A DNA stretch of 402 nucleotides from sequence record MW984358.1. One strand, 5' to 3'. This stretch comes from a phage. The notes under the pieces were generated by a model. The model was given only the letters and a program-made list of their open reading frames with translations, was not told the DNA's origin and ran no database searches. The position numbers and the translations under genes were made by a program. Shown here piece after piece: positions 1-402 of this stretch; position 1 is the stretch's first letter; every line of letters starts with the position of its first letter.

Positions 1-23
1 TGGTACCTTTCTATTCTCACTCT
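1..23 (+). other. 3' end of pIII signal-peptide coding region (..V-P-F-Y-S-H-S); signal peptidase cleavage expected after codon 21-23
   Basis: tg|gta cct ttc tat tct cac tct matches the M13KE leader/cloning junction as I remember it. Confidence 0.85.
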
Positions 24-402
24 TGTATTTGGTGTGTGGGGGAGCCTTGCGGAGCCTTTTGGTGGAGGTTCGGCCGAAACTGTTGAAAGTTGTTTAGCAA
101 AATCCCATACAGAAAATTCATTTACTAACGTCTGGAAAGACGACAAAACTTTAGATCGTTACGCTAACTATGAGGGCTGTCTGTGGAATGCTACAGGCGT
201 TGTAGTTTGTACTGGTGACGAAACTCAGTGTTACGGTACATGGGTTCCTATTGGGCTTGCTATCCCTGAAAATGAGGGTGGTGGCTCTGAGGGTGGCGGT
301 TCTGAGGGTGGCGGTTCTGAGGGTGGCGGTACTAAACCTCCTGAGTACGGTGATACACCTATTCCGGGCTATACTTATATCAACCTTCTCGACGGAATCC
401 TC
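1..402 (+). CDS. gIII: Filamentous phage M13 gene III (minor coat/adsorption protein pIII) as an N-terminal peptide-display fusion; partial at both ends. Leader frame has codons at 3-5 ... 21-23; pIII frame has codons at 61-63 ... 400-402; the two are offset by +1 across the 37-nt insert.
   Basis: Frame with codons at 73,76,... translates without stops to AETVESCLAKSHTENSFTNVWKDDKTLDRYANYEGCLWNATGVVVCTGDETQCYGTWVPIGLAIPEN-(EGGGS)3EGGGT-KPPEYGDTPIPGYTYIN..., which I recognise as mature pIII N1, linker and N2. Upstream 3-23 encodes VPFYSHS, the end of the pIII signal peptide as found in M13KE. No in-frame ATG in the window, so the start lies upstream. Confidence 0.93.
2..7. other. KpnI/Acc65I site (GGTACC), the 5' library cloning site of M13KE-type vectors
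   Basis: GGTACC read directly at 2-7, in the expected position relative to the TCT CAC TCT leader end. Confidence 0.9.
24..60 (+). other. Displayed-peptide library insert, 37 nt (36 expected for a 12-mer NNK library); contains an apparent single-base insertion
   Basis: Lies between leader end TCT (21-23) and spacer GGT GGA GGT TCG (61-72). Leader-frame codons 24-47 (tgt att tgg tgt gtg ggg gag cct) all end in G/T; pIII-frame codons 46-60 (ctt gcg gag cct ttt) also all end in G/T; the two registers differ by one base. Confidence 0.85.
61..72 (+). other. Gly-Gly-Gly-Ser spacer (GGT GGA GGT TCG) joining displayed peptide to mature pIII
   Basis: Exact spacer sequence as I recall it for Ph.D.-type libraries, in frame with mature pIII. 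Confidence 0.85.
71..76. other. EagI site (CGGCCG), the 3' library cloning site
   Basis: CGGCCG read directly at 71-76, spanning the Ser-Ala-Glu codons as in M13KE. Confidence 0.9.
89..110 (-). other. Annealing site of the standard -28 gIII sequencing primer (recalled from memory)
   Basis: + strand GTTGTTTAGCAAAATCCCATAC at 89-110 is the reverse complement of the primer as I remember it. Confidence 0.55.
157..176 (-). other. Annealing site of the standard -96 gIII sequencing primer (recalled from memory)
   Basis: + strand CGTTACGCTAACTATGAGGG at 157-176 is the reverse complement of the primer as I remember it. Confidence 0.55.
274..330 (+). repeat. gIII: Glycine-rich linker G1 of pIII, encoded by near-perfect 15-bp tandem repeats (EGGGS x3 + EGGG)
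   Basis: Units gagggtggtggctct (274-288), gagggtggcggttct (289-303), gagggtggcggttct (304-318) and partial gagggtggcggt (319-330). Confidence 0.9.
331..402 (+). other. gIII: Start of pIII N2 domain (F-pilus-binding domain), truncated by the window edge; last ~6 codons diverge from the expected sequence
   Basis: Translation TKPPEYGDTPIPGYTYIN matches pIII N2; the following codons read L-L-D-G-I-L where I recall P-L-D-G-T-Y. Confidence 0.8.

Larger units (their letters stand above)
73..273 (+). other. gIII: pIII N1 domain coding region (mature residues 1-67; TolA-binding domain)
   Basis: Translation AETVESCLAK...GLAIPEN with four Cys codons at 91-93, 178-180, 208-210 and 229-231, consistent with the two N1 disulfides. 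Confidence 0.88.

Noticed and set aside
38-42. GGGGG homopolymer run as the site of the extra base
   Set aside because: Deleting one G there gives a 12-codon insert containing AGC at codon 7, which violates NNK. The CCTT at 45-48 is the only location consistent with NNK on both sides. Still possible if the library oligo itself carried a synthesis error.
24-60. Alternative library formats: disulfide-constrained C7C or linear 7-mer
   Set aside because: Those formats have a 21-nt variable core; the C7C format adds fixed Ala-Cys and Cys codons. Here 36-37 nt lie directly between TCT CAC TCT and GGT GGA GGT TCG, which fits a 12-mer format.
64-68. Shine-Dalgarno-like GGAGG in the spacer as the start of an internal gene or a reinitiation site for pIII
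   Set aside because: There is no ATG, GTG or TTG in the pIII frame anywhere downstream in the window, and the nearest TTG (83-85) is out of frame. The GGAGG is a by-product of the Gly-Gly-Gly codons GGT GGA GGT.
154-402. Minus-strand open reading frame with no stop codon from 402 back to about 154 (around 83 codons, running off the window)
   Set aside because: It is the antisense register of the pIII codon frame. It is open only because the sense codons TTA, CTA and TCA happen to be absent in this stretch. No start or ribosome-binding context is evident and no gene is known opposite gene III; it is a shadow ORF.
1-402. A novel natural system (defence island, CRISPR array, toxin-antitoxin, mobile element, RNA gene)
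   Set aside because: The window is explained by a laboratory M13 gene III display construct. There are no repeat-spacer arrays, no tRNA/rRNA-like structure, no inverted terminal repeats and no additional plausible ORFs.

Overview
This window is not a natural locus. It is the 5' part of gene III of an engineered M13 phage-display vector (M13KE / Ph.D.-12-type architecture), read on the + strand. Layout: end of the pIII signal peptide (1-23, ...VPFYSHS, with the KpnI/Acc65I site), a library-derived insert (24-60), a GGGS spacer (61-72, overlapping the EagI site), then mature pIII N1 domain (73-273), the glycine-rich linker (274-330) and the start of N2 (331-402). The vector identification rests on my recollection of the vector and M13 gene III sequences; I could not run an alignment. 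The notable point is that the insert is 37 nt, not 36, so the leader frame and the pIII frame are offset by +1, and the leader frame reaches TGA at 84-86. Either the sequence carries a 1-nt indel error (most likely in the CCTT at 45-48), or this is a genuinely frameshifted clone that would need +1 recoding to make infective pIII. The last ~17 nt (386-402) also diverge from the pIII sequence I remember. I see no CRISPR array, RNA gene, mobile element or novel natural system.
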